The notes under the pieces: model-generated
What the model was told of the DNA's origin: nothing
Seen by the model: only the letters and a program-made list of their open reading frames with translations
The model's database searches: none
Source of the DNA: a virus
Lineage: Duplodnaviria > Heunggongvirae > Uroviricota > Caudoviricetes
DNA: 64,000 nt
IMG/VR virus record: IMGVR_UViG_3300028833_000001
Location: 297,446 to 361,445 of that record
Direction: 5' to 3' (one strand)
Part shown: in pieces, positions 35,885-44,892 of the stretch
How positions within the stretch are numbered: the stretch's first letter is position 1
Layout: the number at the start of each line of letters is the position of its first letter
Translations under genes and position numbers: made by a program

Positions 35885-36877
35885 GTGAGAAGAATTTATA
35901 ATATATTGGTTAGTCTACTTGGTGAAAGTAAGCAAGGTTGGTATGATGATAATGAAACACAATACCAATTTAATTGTCCATTTTGTGCTGAAGAAAAAGG
36001 AGGAATTGACAACAAATATAATTTAGAGGTATCCTTTTCTCTTGGAAAATTTCATTGCTGGTCGTGTGGTAATGCTGGGTCAATATCTAAATTGATTAGA
36101 ACAGTAGGAGGAAAAGAATTAGTTAGTGAATATTTCAGTATTATTCAAGAATTAAAAGAGTCGAATTATTATAATATCGACATGTTTAAAGATTATTCCG
36201 ATATAACATCTGAAAAATTTTTAAAATTGCCTAAAACATTTCAAAAAATCAACTTGAAAACAAATAGAGATAAACAATTAATATCTTATCTTGAAAAACG
36301 TAAAATAACACAAGGCATAATTGATTTTTACAATATAGGTGCAACAAAATGGGATGGCGAGGATTACAAATGGAGAAATAGAATTATAATTCCATCATAT
36401 AATCGCGCTGGTGAATTGAATTATTTTATAGGAAGGATATACAAAAATAACGATAAAAGAATTAAATATAGAAATTGCGATTTTGATAAAAATGAAATAA
36501 TTTTACACGAAGACAAAATACAATGGGATGCCGATATATATTTGGTGGAAGGAGCAATAGACTGTATCTATTATCCAAATTCAATAGCCCTTATGGGAAA
36601 GGTTTTAACCAATAAAACATACCTTTATAAAAAACTGTATGAAAATGCTAATGCAAATGTTGTTATTTGTCTTGATGGAGATACAACTTTGTCTGAAATA
36701 AAGTCTGTTTATAAAATATTGAATCACGGTAGGTTATATGGCAAAATAAAATATATTCAACTTGGAGAACCAAATACGCCATATAAAGATTTTGGTGAAC
36801 TTTATGAAAATGAAGAAAAAAAAGGTATAATTAGAGTAATGAAAGAACAGAAATCCTTCAAGGATTTTGAATTATAA
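35885..36877 (+). CDS. DNA primase (zinc-binding + TOPRIM)
   Basis: CPFC...HCWSC, YLVEGAID, LDGD. Start uncertain: GTG 35885 chosen because the track start runs through the terminator. Confidence 0.85.
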   Translation: MRRIYNILVSLLGESKQGWYDDNETQYQFNCPFCAEEKGGIDNKYNLEVSFSLGKFHCWSCGNAGSISKLIRTVGGKELVSEYFSIIQELKESNYYNIDMFKDYSDITSEKFLKLPKTFQKINLKTNRDKQLISYLEKRKITQGIIDFYNIGATKWDGEDYKWRNRIIIPSYNRAGELNYFIGRIYKNNDKRIKYRNCDFDKNEIILHEDKIQWDADIYLVEGAIDCIYYPNSIALMGKVLTNKTYLYKKLYENANANVVICLDGDTTLSEIKSVYKILNHGRLYGKIKYIQLGEPNTPYKDFGELYENEEKKGIIRVMKEQKSFKDFEL

Positions 36878-36911
36878 TTTATTTTTAGTAAAATTAAAAA
36901 AAAGATAAATT

Positions 36912-37127
36912 ATGTCAGAAAATATTGTAGAAATAAGAAACGAAGATGCCAAAAATATAGTAATGTGTTGTGGTAACGTTGGTGTATTATCAATCGTTGA
37001 TAACGATGAATTATCTGATAACCATGATGTACAGTTGCGGCACAAAATGGCTTCAGACAAGGCAAAAAAATATGGAAACAGTCCAGAAGTTCAAGCAATT
37101 TATGCAAGAATATTTGGGCTAATTTAA
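36912..37127 (+). CDS. Hypothetical protein
   Basis: 71 aa, in the operon. Confidence 0.55.
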   Translation: MSENIVEIRNEDAKNIVMCCGNVGVLSIVDNDELSDNHDVQLRHKMASDKAKKYGNSPEVQAIYARIFGLI

Positions 37128-37141
37128 TTAAAATTTGGAAT

Positions 37142-37318
37142 ATGGGAAAAACTTGCGCAGATTGTGTGTATTTTAGTTGTGCTTTGTTTGTATGTTTTCA
37201 TCCAGACAATGAGGGGAGGAGAGTGTTTCCAGACATTCCAGGATGTGGAAAACATAGAACAGAATTAAGCGAACAAGAAGAAAAAGAATTTAAAAATCAG
37301 TTATTTAATCAAGAATAG
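37142..37318 (+). CDS. Small Cys-rich protein (58 aa; not in ORF track)
   Basis: MGKTCADCVYFSCALFVCFHP...GCGKH fills the gap exactly. Confidence 0.6.
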   Translation: MGKTCADCVYFSCALFVCFHPDNEGRRVFPDIPGCGKHRTELSEQEEKEFKNQLFNQE

Positions 37319-37319
37319 T

Positions 37320-38168
37320 ATGGTAACAAAAATAATTGCATGTTCAGATATTCATATACCATCGTTAAAGGGTATCGATTCGTTAAAAGAACATTTAAAG
37401 AAGTTTATTAAGAAATGCGCCAAAGTAGTTAAAGATGAGGGCGGTCCAGAAAATGTTAGAATTGTTGTTTGTGGTGATATTTTCCATTCCAAGCTAGCAA
37501 TAACAAATGAATCAATACTTTGTGTTGATTGGTTTTTCAAAGAATTAGACAAGTTATGTAAAACATATATTATCGCTGGAAACCACGATATGCTGATGAA
37601 CAATCTTGACAGGGTTGATTCTATTAGTTCATTATTTGAAATTGGTGACTATAAACAAGTTGTTTATCTTGACAAAGAATTAGGGTATAATTCTGGAATT
37701 TTACATGATGATAACATCAATTGGTGCTTATATTCTTCATTTTCAGGGTTTAATACACCAGATATTGAACCACATAAGGCATCAAACAAAAATTCAGAAA
37801 ACGAAATTTATGTAGGGTTGATACATGGCGACGTTAATGGGGCTATTACAGTTACAAACTATGTCACTGACCACGGAATCGACCCAGCTGTGTTCGATGG
37901 TTGTGACTTTGTGATTGCTGGACATATCCATAAACGACAGGAAATTAAAAAGAATGGCGTCAGAATAGTCTATTGCTCAAGCATAAAACAACGTGATTTT
38001 GGCGAATCAGTAACTGGACACGGATATGTTTTATGGGATGTCGAAGATAAAGATGATATTACATACAAATATGTTGATATTAAAGACAATGACGGTGGTT
38101 TCTTTAAATTTACCATCAAATCAATAGAAGATATAGATAACGATAATGAAGAATTAATTAATTATTAA
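37320..38168 (+). CDS. SbcD/Mre11 (gp47-like) metallophosphoesterase nuclease
   Basis: SDIH, GDIFH, GNHD and GHIH motifs. Confidence 0.88.
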   Translation: MVTKIIACSDIHIPSLKGIDSLKEHLKKFIKKCAKVVKDEGGPENVRIVVCGDIFHSKLAITNESILCVDWFFKELDKLCKTYIIAGNHDMLMNNLDRVDSISSLFEIGDYKQVVYLDKELGYNSGILHDDNINWCLYSSFSGFNTPDIEPHKASNKNSENEIYVGLIHGDVNGAITVTNYVTDHGIDPAVFDGCDFVIAGHIHKRQEIKKNGVRIVYCSSIKQRDFGESVTGHGYVLWDVEDKDDITYKYVDIKDNDGGFFKFTIKSIEDIDNDNEELINY

Positions 38169-38184
38169 CAAAATACATAAATTT

Positions 38185-38868
38185 ATGAATGATTTTAGAA
38201 AATTTGCTGTTAGCAACAATGTGAATGGAAATACTCTTGATAGTTACACGAAAAAGGTTAATAGTATTATCAGTCCTACAATTATTGAAGAACGACAGCT
38301 TAATGCTGTAACAATTGATGTTTTTTCCGCGTTGATTAGAGAGAGAATTATTTTTTTAGGGACAGCTATTGATAACGATGTAGCAAATATTGTTAATTCA
38401 CAATTAATGTATTTGAATTCGCTGGATAATGAAACGCCAGTTAAACTGTTCATAAACAGTTGCGGAGGCGTAATCGACTCTGGCTTAGCAATATATGATG
38501 TCATGAACTGGGTTGATTGTGGCGTTGAGACCTATGTTATGGGTATGGCAGCATCAATGGCATCTGTGTTATCTTCCTCTGGAATGAAAGGTCATAGGTA
38601 TGCACTGAAAAACAGTAGAATTATGATTCATCAACCTATGATGGGAATTCCTCCTGGCACACAGGAATCTGATATTGCTATTGCATATAATGAAATTAGA
38701 AAAGATAAGGAATTGTTACTTGGAATTCTTGCTGAAAACTGCGGAAAAACCATAGAAGAACTTAGAGCTGACGCAGACAGAGACCATTGGCTTACTCCAA
38801 GCGAGGCGCTTCCTGGTGTTTATGGTGAATTTGGACTTATTGATGAAATTATCACCAAGAAAAAATAA
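38185..38868 (+). CDS. clpP: ATP-dependent Clp protease proteolytic subunit
   Basis: ERIIFLG, MAASMAS (Ser), MIHQP (His), DRDHW (Asp). Confidence 0.95.
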   Translation: MNDFRKFAVSNNVNGNTLDSYTKKVNSIISPTIIEERQLNAVTIDVFSALIRERIIFLGTAIDNDVANIVNSQLMYLNSLDNETPVKLFINSCGGVIDSGLAIYDVMNWVDCGVETYVMGMAASMASVLSSSGMKGHRYALKNSRIMIHQPMMGIPPGTQESDIAIAYNEIRKDKELLLGILAENCGKTIEELRADADRDHWLTPSEALPGVYGEFGLIDEIITKKK

Positions 38869-38872
38869 ATAA

Positions 38873-39454
38873 ATGAATACAATTGAACAATTAAAGGAAA
38901 AGCACGAACTTGTGAAAAATAATCCATATTGGGTTAATTTCGATGAGAAATATCTTCCAGGGATGCTTAATTTGTTCAGAGATATGGTGAATAATGTTTG
39001 GGGCACTGGTGATACTTCAAATCCGTATTATGTAATTCTTCGATGCTGCACACATGATGTAAATGCAATGATTTCCACAATTCAATATATGATTGAGGAA
39101 GAAAAAGAATTTACAAAGGATGAGTTTGGAAATGTTATCACAGCGTTACAGACTTTTCTTACAAATGTACACGCTTTCGTGAATGGAGACAGGGCGAAAG
39201 ATAATGTGATTGGTTATCTTTTCACATTTGACAAAAGTGGTTTGCGTAAATACAAGTCAGTTTATGACAACGAAAAAAACGAATGGAGAGCTTTTAATAT
39301 TATCAAGCCAACCGATATTGAAAAAGTCAGAAAAATGGTTAAACCATATCTGAAACTGAAAGACACAAGAGCGGTGAAACAATGGGCCGCTGAATGTATA
39401 GATGATATAGATTCTGGAAAAAAAATTATTGGCGGCTGTTATATGATTGAATAA
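38873..39454 (+). CDS. Hypothetical protein
   Basis: 193-aa ORF. Confidence 0.65.
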   Translation: MNTIEQLKEKHELVKNNPYWVNFDEKYLPGMLNLFRDMVNNVWGTGDTSNPYYVILRCCTHDVNAMISTIQYMIEEEKEFTKDEFGNVITALQTFLTNVHAFVNGDRAKDNVIGYLFTFDKSGLRKYKSVYDNEKNEWRAFNIIKPTDIEKVRKMVKPYLKLKDTRAVKQWAAECIDDIDSGKKIIGGCYMIE

Positions 39455-39472
39455 TAAACAAAATAAAAATAT

Positions 39473-41092
39473 ATGATAAAAATTATTGTTGCAGTAGGTA
39501 ATTATATCCCAGAAAAGGGGTTTCCAATTGGAAAAAACGGTGGCTTGGCCTGGAATTTTCCAGAAGACCTTAAATGGTTCAGAAAAACAACTGAACACAA
39601 TATAGTTGTAATGGGCAGAAACACGTATAAATCATTCGGAGGTAAGCCATTACAGAATAGAGACAATTATATAGTTTCAAATTCAATGACCGAAATCCCA
39701 GAAGGATTTTGCGGGATTTTGCACAGCATTGATGAAATTGTTGACTTATCTAAAAACCAAATAGGAGACGTGTATATTATTGGTGGCGCAGAGTTATACA
39801 GGTCAGTTCTTGACGCTGATATTGTTGATGAAGTTTTAAACGACTTTATTGATGTTGAAGTTCCAGATGCAGACACATTTTTCCAGCCTTTGGATTTGAA
39901 TAAGTGGAAAATTGATGAAGAGGGTATAAGATTAAGCGATAAATGCACTGTCAATACATTTAAACATGCAAAATTTTTTAATGATGTTGATGAACAATAT
40001 TTGAATTTGGTGCAAGATGTTATAGTTAATGGTGAATTGAAAGAAACACGGGCTGGAATGACAAGGTCTGTTTTTGGAAAGCAACTTCGTTTCAACCTTA
40101 AAAATGGTTTGCCATTGCTAACAACAAAAAAAGTTTACACAAACGGTATCATTCATGAACTTATTTGGTTCCTTAAAGGCGATACGAATATTAAATATCT
40201 TGTTGACAATAATGTGCATATATGGGATGATGACGCATACAGATATTATCTTGAGCTTGTTGAAAAAAACAACGAAGTCTTTAAATGTGATGACACACCA
40301 TTGTTGAATGCTCATTACTTTGAGCCTATCACAAAGGAAGAGTTCTTGAAAGCTGTCATTGAAGAAAAAGACTGTTGGTTATACCTGGATAGATTGGCTG
40401 GTTTTATGTCATACTATCCAAACAACTATTATATTCATTATAAATTTGGCGACCTTGGTCCTGTTTATGGTGAACAATGGAGAAACTGGTATGGCGTTGA
40501 CCAAATAAAGACAGTTATTGAAACATTAAGAACAAATCCAGATGACAGAAGAATGATTGTCTCTGCTTGGAATGTTAAAGAATTGGATAAAATGGCTCTT
40601 CCTCCTTGTCATTACTCATTTCAATTTTATACAAAAAAAATGGATATTGTAGAAAGAATGAATTGGGCCTTAGAACATAATTTAAATTGTTGGGATGAAA
40701 AATCTTTGGATGACAATAATGTACCTTCACGGAAATTAAGTTGCCTCTGGAATCAACGTAGTGTAGATTCAATATGCGGATTGCCGTTCAATATAGCATC
40801 ATATGCAATTCTTACTTATATGATTGCACAATGCTGTAATATGAAACCAGATGAATTGATATTTAATGGTGGAGACGTTCATGTATATGAAAACCATATA
40901 GAAGCATTTACAGAACAATTATACAGAAATCCACATAAATATGCATTACCACAATTGGAGCTTAATCCAAACGTAAAAGAAATTGATGATTTTAGGGCAT
41001 ATGATATTAAAATAGTTGGATATCAATCATACCCAGCGATAAAATATCAATTAAATGTAGGCCTAAATAATAACAATGGCGAAGCTAAATAA
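39473..41092 (+). CDS. thyA: Bifunctional dihydrofolate reductase-thymidylate synthase
   Basis: DHFR: IGKNGGLAW..EDLKWF, VMGRNT, IIGGAELY, ADTFF. TS: PLLTTKK, LGPVYG.QWR, MALPPCH, QRSVD, PFNIASY. Confidence 0.95.
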   Translation: MIKIIVAVGNYIPEKGFPIGKNGGLAWNFPEDLKWFRKTTEHNIVVMGRNTYKSFGGKPLQNRDNYIVSNSMTEIPEGFCGILHSIDEIVDLSKNQIGDVYIIGGAELYRSVLDADIVDEVLNDFIDVEVPDADTFFQPLDLNKWKIDEEGIRLSDKCTVNTFKHAKFFNDVDEQYLNLVQDVIVNGELKETRAGMTRSVFGKQLRFNLKNGLPLLTTKKVYTNGIIHELIWFLKGDTNIKYLVDNNVHIWDDDAYRYYLELVEKNNEVFKCDDTPLLNAHYFEPITKEEFLKAVIEEKDCWLYLDRLAGFMSYYPNNYYIHYKFGDLGPVYGEQWRNWYGVDQIKTVIETLRTNPDDRRMIVSAWNVKELDKMALPPCHYSFQFYTKKMDIVERMNWALEHNLNCWDEKSLDDNNVPSRKLSCLWNQRSVDSICGLPFNIASYAILTYMIAQCCNMKPDELIFNGGDVHVYENHIEAFTEQLYRNPHKYALPQLELNPNVKEIDDFRAYDIKIVGYQSYPAIKYQLNVGLNNNNGEAK

Positions 41093-41106
41093 GCTTCGCT
41101 TTTTTA

Positions 41107-41247
41107 TTAAATGGGCCTTTTGTAGATTATCCTACGTTGTACGTTCTTGCGAGGGCCAGTAGCAGAACTAACTGGCTTTTTCTTTACTACTTGCTTTCCA
41201 GCAACAATTTGTTTTCCAGATGACCCACCTTTACATGAACATGCCAT
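41107..41247 (-). CDS. Small basic protein MACSCKG... (46 aa; not in ORF track)
   Basis: ATG-TAA ORF with a TATTTAT motif ~35 nt upstream and a shared terminator at 41078-41105. Confidence 0.55.
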   Translation of the reverse strand: MACSCKGGSSGKQIVAGKQVVKKKPVSSATGPRKNVQRRIIYKRPI

Positions 41248-41367
41248 TTCTTTAAGTATTAATATTCTTATTCACAAGATAAATATATCACATTTGTGAA
41301 AAAATTTTGTTTTTTCGTAAAAAAAATATAGAATAGCCATAAACGTGTTTAATTAATAAAAATTAAT

Positions 41368-41988
41368 ATGGAAAAATTATTTTACAAATGGCTTAGTAGC
41401 AGTAAGTATTTGAAGTTTCATCAAGAAATAAAAAACGCTTTACGCGTTATTAATGAATATAAACTTTATGAATCGCCAAAATTCTTTTCTGAAAATATTC
41501 AATTTGATAAAAACAATGAAACCTGTCTGATTGATTCTTCAAGTGAAAGTATTACTATTTGTAAAACTGTTGTTGAGTCTAAACAATCATATAACATATT
41601 TATCGGCAACATTCAAATTAGAGTTGAAGAAAATAATATTAATAAAGAACAGGTATATAGTATCCATATTAAAGAAAATAATGGGTTAAACTGGGAAATT
41701 AAAAGAAATGACGAAGATTTGGATTATTGGGACTATTCACACCCGACAAACAAAACACTTAGAATTTTTGTTTGGTATGATGTACCAGTGTTAAACATCG
41801 CTCGTTCTGTTGGAGAAGTTTATGAAGCTGGAAACTGGAATAAGTATGTGTGCAAAACAATCGACTTTTTTACTACTGAAATTGATAAATGCACAGACTC
41901 ATCAAGTTTCAACACAATGTATGAAGAATCGGATTGGGAAAATTTCAAAAATTGGTTTAAAAATTTGTTCAATAAAAAACAAATGTAA
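41368..41988 (+). CDS. Hypothetical protein
   Basis: 206-aa ORF. Confidence 0.65.
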   Translation: MEKLFYKWLSSSKYLKFHQEIKNALRVINEYKLYESPKFFSENIQFDKNNETCLIDSSSESITICKTVVESKQSYNIFIGNIQIRVEENNINKEQVYSIHIKENNGLNWEIKRNDEDLDYWDYSHPTNKTLRIFVWYDVPVLNIARSVGEVYEAGNWNKYVCKTIDFFTTEIDKCTDSSSFNTMYEESDWENFKNWFKNLFNKKQM

Positions 41989-42335
41989 TAATAAATCAAA
42001 TATGAAAAATACGATAGAATAATTTAAAAAAAAAACTTGATTTTTTTAAAAAATAATACTATTTATATTTTTGAAATCACATAAGAATTTTATATCATTG
42101 AAATATGTTAAATAACATCTTTAGGAATATAGACCCATTATATTTGGACGCCCATAACGGTATCCAACAAGAAAGTCTTGTTCCAACAAGAGCAAAAAAT
42201 GAAAAACGTCTGAGGATGGTGGGAAAGTAAACAAACACAAAAACACATAGGTTTCTAACCACAACATATTTACCACCACTGAAGACAATATAGAACATGT
42301 TTCAGTGGTTTTTTTATGCCTGAACCTATGTAAAC

Positions 42336-42416
42336 TGTCATTTTGACGTATTAAATGTCAATTTGGCACATAAGCATGACAAAATGCCATAAATTTAAAT
42401 TGGCATGATGTTTGCA
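42336..42416 (+). promoter_or_regulatory. Sigma54-type promoter with three upstream TGNCA-N3-TGNC(A/G) boxes
   Basis: TGGCATGATGTTTGCA (42401-42416) has exact -24/-12 spacing. Boxes start at 42336, 42356 and 42377. Confidence 0.65.
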
Positions 42417-42434
42417 TAAATAAAAAAACGACAT

Positions 42435-42507
42435 GGTGCCGTTAGCTCAGTGGGTAGAGCGCATGTCTGTGGAACATGAGGCGTTGGTTCAAATCCAACA
42501 CGGCACC
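42435..42507 (+). tRNA. tRNA-His(GTG)
   Basis: Cloverleaf with G-1 and C73; CATGT-CTGTGGA-ACATG. Confidence 0.95.
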
Positions 42508-42566
42508 CGAAAAAAAAAGTTTGGAAGTTTAAAAAAAGATTTGTAATCTTACAAACACAAACGAGA

Positions 42567-42577
42567 GTTCTTTGAAA
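42567..42577 (+). promoter_or_regulatory. boxA-like antitermination site
   Basis: GTTCTTTGAAA shortly after a promoter-like TTTG..TAATCTTAC. Confidence 0.5.
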
Positions 42578-42589
42578 AAATTGAAATAT

Positions 42590-43036
42590 AAAGTGATTGT
42601 GAGAATGATAGCAAAACAACTATCATGCATAGGCGAGAAATCCCTATGTAGAATCTCCTAAATTCGGTAGAATCCTTAAAGGCGTTAGCCTTCGTAAGAG
42701 AGAAAATATGTAACCTCACTAAACAATAATGTGGAAGGACTAACCGAGCGAAAATGTAATGCGGAATTTCAATAAGTTAGGAAGATATTACATAATCGTG
42801 TAGAGGCCAAACGGGAGATACCTAAGTTGGAATTTGTATAATTGAGGGATAGCGCAAGCAAGTATGTTTTCTTTTAACAGTTAACAGAACAATCAAATTA
42901 TACATCTTGCAAGAATTCCAATATGGTAAGATGGTCCAGGCCACAACAACACTACAAGCAGTGTCGAAACCAGACATAAGTACTGTTGTAACAAAGTGTT
43001 GGCTATGATAACATAGTGTGGCATCACAATTACTTT
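42590..43036 (+). ncRNA. Group I intron-like structured RNA closed by a 13-bp terminal helix
   Basis: P3 ATCTCCT/GGGAGAT, P4 TTCGGT/ACCGAG, P7 GAGGCCA/TGGTCC, P8, P9. Ends AAAGTGATTGTGA/TCACAATTACTTT. Confidence 0.75.
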
Positions 43037-43041
43037 TACTT

Positions 43042-43114
43042 GCGCCCGTAACTCAGCTGGTAGAGTACATCCCTTTTAAGGATGGAGTCGTGGGTTCGAA
43101 TCCCACCGAGCGCA
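43042..43114 (+). tRNA. tRNA-Lys(TTT)
   Basis: Cloverleaf; CATCC-CTTTTAA-GGATG. Confidence 0.93.
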
Positions 43115-43141
43115 CAATAATAAATTTAAAATTATAATAAA

Positions 43142-43319
43142 ATGGAAGACGGGGCAAAAATTAAAAGAGTATCTTAAAAAAGAATTTGAATGGAATAATC
43201 ATAAGAAGTATAGGAAATATTTTGATGAATGGTATTCAAATTTAACAGAAAATCAAATACTATATTATAAAAGTTATTCTATTGGACAGAAATCACCATG
43301 GATTAAAATTGACAAATAA
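43142..43319 (+). pseudogene. Small ORF with apparent frameshift in an A-run
   Basis: The ATG frame stops after 11 codons. A shifted frame reads KLKEYLKKEFEWNNHKKYRKYFDEWY... to TAA. Confidence 0.35.
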
Positions 43320-43379
43320 AAAAAATGTAAGAAGATTTGGAAAATTTAAATTTAAATTGTATTCTTACATAGCGTTGAA

Positions 43380-43452
43380 CGGGTAGTGGCGCAGTTGGTA
43401 GCGCGCTTCATTTGGGATGAAGGGGTCGCAGGTTCGAGTCCTGTCTACCCGA
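43380..43452 (+). tRNA. tRNA-Pro(TGG)
   Basis: Cloverleaf; CTTCA-TTTGGGA-TGAAG. Confidence 0.95.
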
Positions 43453-43460
43453 CAAAAAAA

Positions 43461-43476
43461 GTTCTTTGACATATTG
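43461..43476 (+). promoter_or_regulatory. boxA-like antitermination site
   Basis: GTTCTTTGACATATTG, rrn-leader-like. Confidence 0.55.
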
Positions 43477-43574
43477 GAGAGAAGCTATTGAAATATATGT
43501 GGTAAAAACAATTTTTTGTTTTTAAAGCCAAATTATATCGTATAGTGGGCCTTTGTCTGCTGTACGATTTTTTC

Positions 43575-43664
43575 GGAGGGGTGGCCGAGTGGTTTAAGGC
43601 AGCGGTCTTGAAAACCGCCGAGGTGTAACAGCCTCCGTGGGTTCGAATCCCACCCCCTCCGCCA
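43575..43664 (+). tRNA. tRNA-Ser(TGA)
   Basis: Long variable arm, G73, encoded CCA. Confidence 0.95.
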
Positions 43665-43726
43665 TAATATAATGAAAACGTATATACATTTTGATTATCA
43701 CAAATATTTATTAATAAACCAATACT

Positions 43727-44443
43727 ATGAATCAGAAAAGAGAATACGTTAGAAAAAATTTGGATATAATAAACAAAATGATAGAAAACAAACGACCTAA
43801 GTTTGAAATAGCTAGGGTTTTGGGAGTTAAATATTCCACATTAGATAAATATTTAAAAGAATTTGGTATTGATTATAAAGGAAACCCAAATAGAAAGGGA
43901 ATTCCGCATATGGAAGGAAGAATGCTAATTGAAGAATATTTAAATGGAAATAGAAACATACAAGCATCTAAACTAAGACAAAAACTAATAGAAAATGGTT
44001 TAAAAGAAGAAAAATGTGAATGCTGTGGGTTAACTGAATGGATGGGTAAAAAAATTCCGTTAGAACTTCACCATAAAAATATGAACCATAACGATAATAG
44101 TTTAGACAATCTTCAAATACTTTGTTCTAATTGTCATTCTTTAGCACATGAATATAATAATACAAAAGGTAAACCAGAAAGTTCTATTGATACTATTTTA
44201 TTAAAAAAACGTGTTAAAGAGGTTGGTCATTGCAAACAGTGCGGAAAAGAATTAACAAATAGCCAGAAAATTTATTGTTCACAAGAGTGCGCTCATTTAA
44301 ATGTTAGTAAAATACCACAAAAAAACGAATTAATTGATAAATTAAATGAGTTTAACTGGAATAAAACAAAAACTGGTAAGTATTTTGGCGTAAGTGATAA
44401 CGCAATTCGTAAATGGATTAAAAAGTACGACATAAAAAAATAA
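43727..44443 (+). CDS. HNH endonuclease with HTH and Zn-ribbon modules
   Basis: CECCG..LELHHKNMNHNDNSLDNLQILCSNCH, with N- and C-terminal HTH. Confidence 0.9.
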   Translation: MNQKREYVRKNLDIINKMIENKRPKFEIARVLGVKYSTLDKYLKEFGIDYKGNPNRKGIPHMEGRMLIEEYLNGNRNIQASKLRQKLIENGLKEEKCECCGLTEWMGKKIPLELHHKNMNHNDNSLDNLQILCSNCHSLAHEYNNTKGKPESSIDTILLKKRVKEVGHCKQCGKELTNSQKIYCSQECAHLNVSKIPQKNELIDKLNEFNWNKTKTGKYFGVSDNAIRKWIKKYDIKK

Positions 44444-44444
44444 T

Positions 44445-44521
44445 ACCGCTGTGGGCAAATTGGTAAAGTCGGCTATTTTAGGGGTAGCGTCATATTGTCG
44501 GTTCGACTCCGACCAGCGGTA
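44445..44521 (+). tRNA. tRNA-Leu(TAG), short variable region
   Basis: GCTAT-TTTAGGG-GTAGC; 8-nt variable region. Confidence 0.8.
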
Positions 44522-44534
44522 CAATAAATAATTT

Positions 44535-44618
44535 GGCTCTGTGGTGGAATTGGTAGACACGACAGACTTAAAATCTGTTGTCCGAAAGGACGTGTGGGTT
44601 CGAGTCCCATTGGAGCCA
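44535..44618 (+). tRNA. tRNA-Leu(TAA)
   Basis: Cloverleaf with variable arm. Confidence 0.95.
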
Positions 44619-44623
44619 CATAA

Positions 44624-44769
44624 GCTCCTATAGTTCAATGGACAGAACAGAAGTTTCCTATACAAGAGTAAACTTGTTTAAATCATTTCTATGTGAAATT
44701 GGTTTTATTGGGTTCGAGTCCCACACATAGAACAAACTTCAAATCTTGGTTCGAATCCAAGTAGGAGTA
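44624..44769 (+). tRNA. tRNA-Arg(CCT) interrupted by a 74-nt insertion (44660-44733)
   Basis: Removing the insert gives GAAGT-TTCCTAA-ACTTC with normal D, T and acceptor arms. Confidence 0.85.
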
Positions 44770-44788
44770 CTAAACACATAACATATAT

Positions 44789-44873
44789 GGGAGTGCGGTC
44801 ACGATGGTGGAGTGGCGGCGGTCTGTAAAACCGTTACAACGAAACACAGTAGGTTCGAATCCTACCACTCCCA
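44789..44873 (+). tRNA. tRNA-Tyr(GTA), atypical D and variable arms
   Basis: GCGGT-CTGTAAA-ACCGT. Confidence 0.85.
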
Positions 44874-44892
44874 CGAAACAGCGAACATGCAC

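Noticed and set aside
42105-42315. 41-aa ORF plus terminator hairpin (ACCACTGAA/TTCAGTGGT) as a leader/attenuator for the array
   Set aside because: No codon-run or antiterminator evidence. It may simply be a tiny gene with its own terminator.
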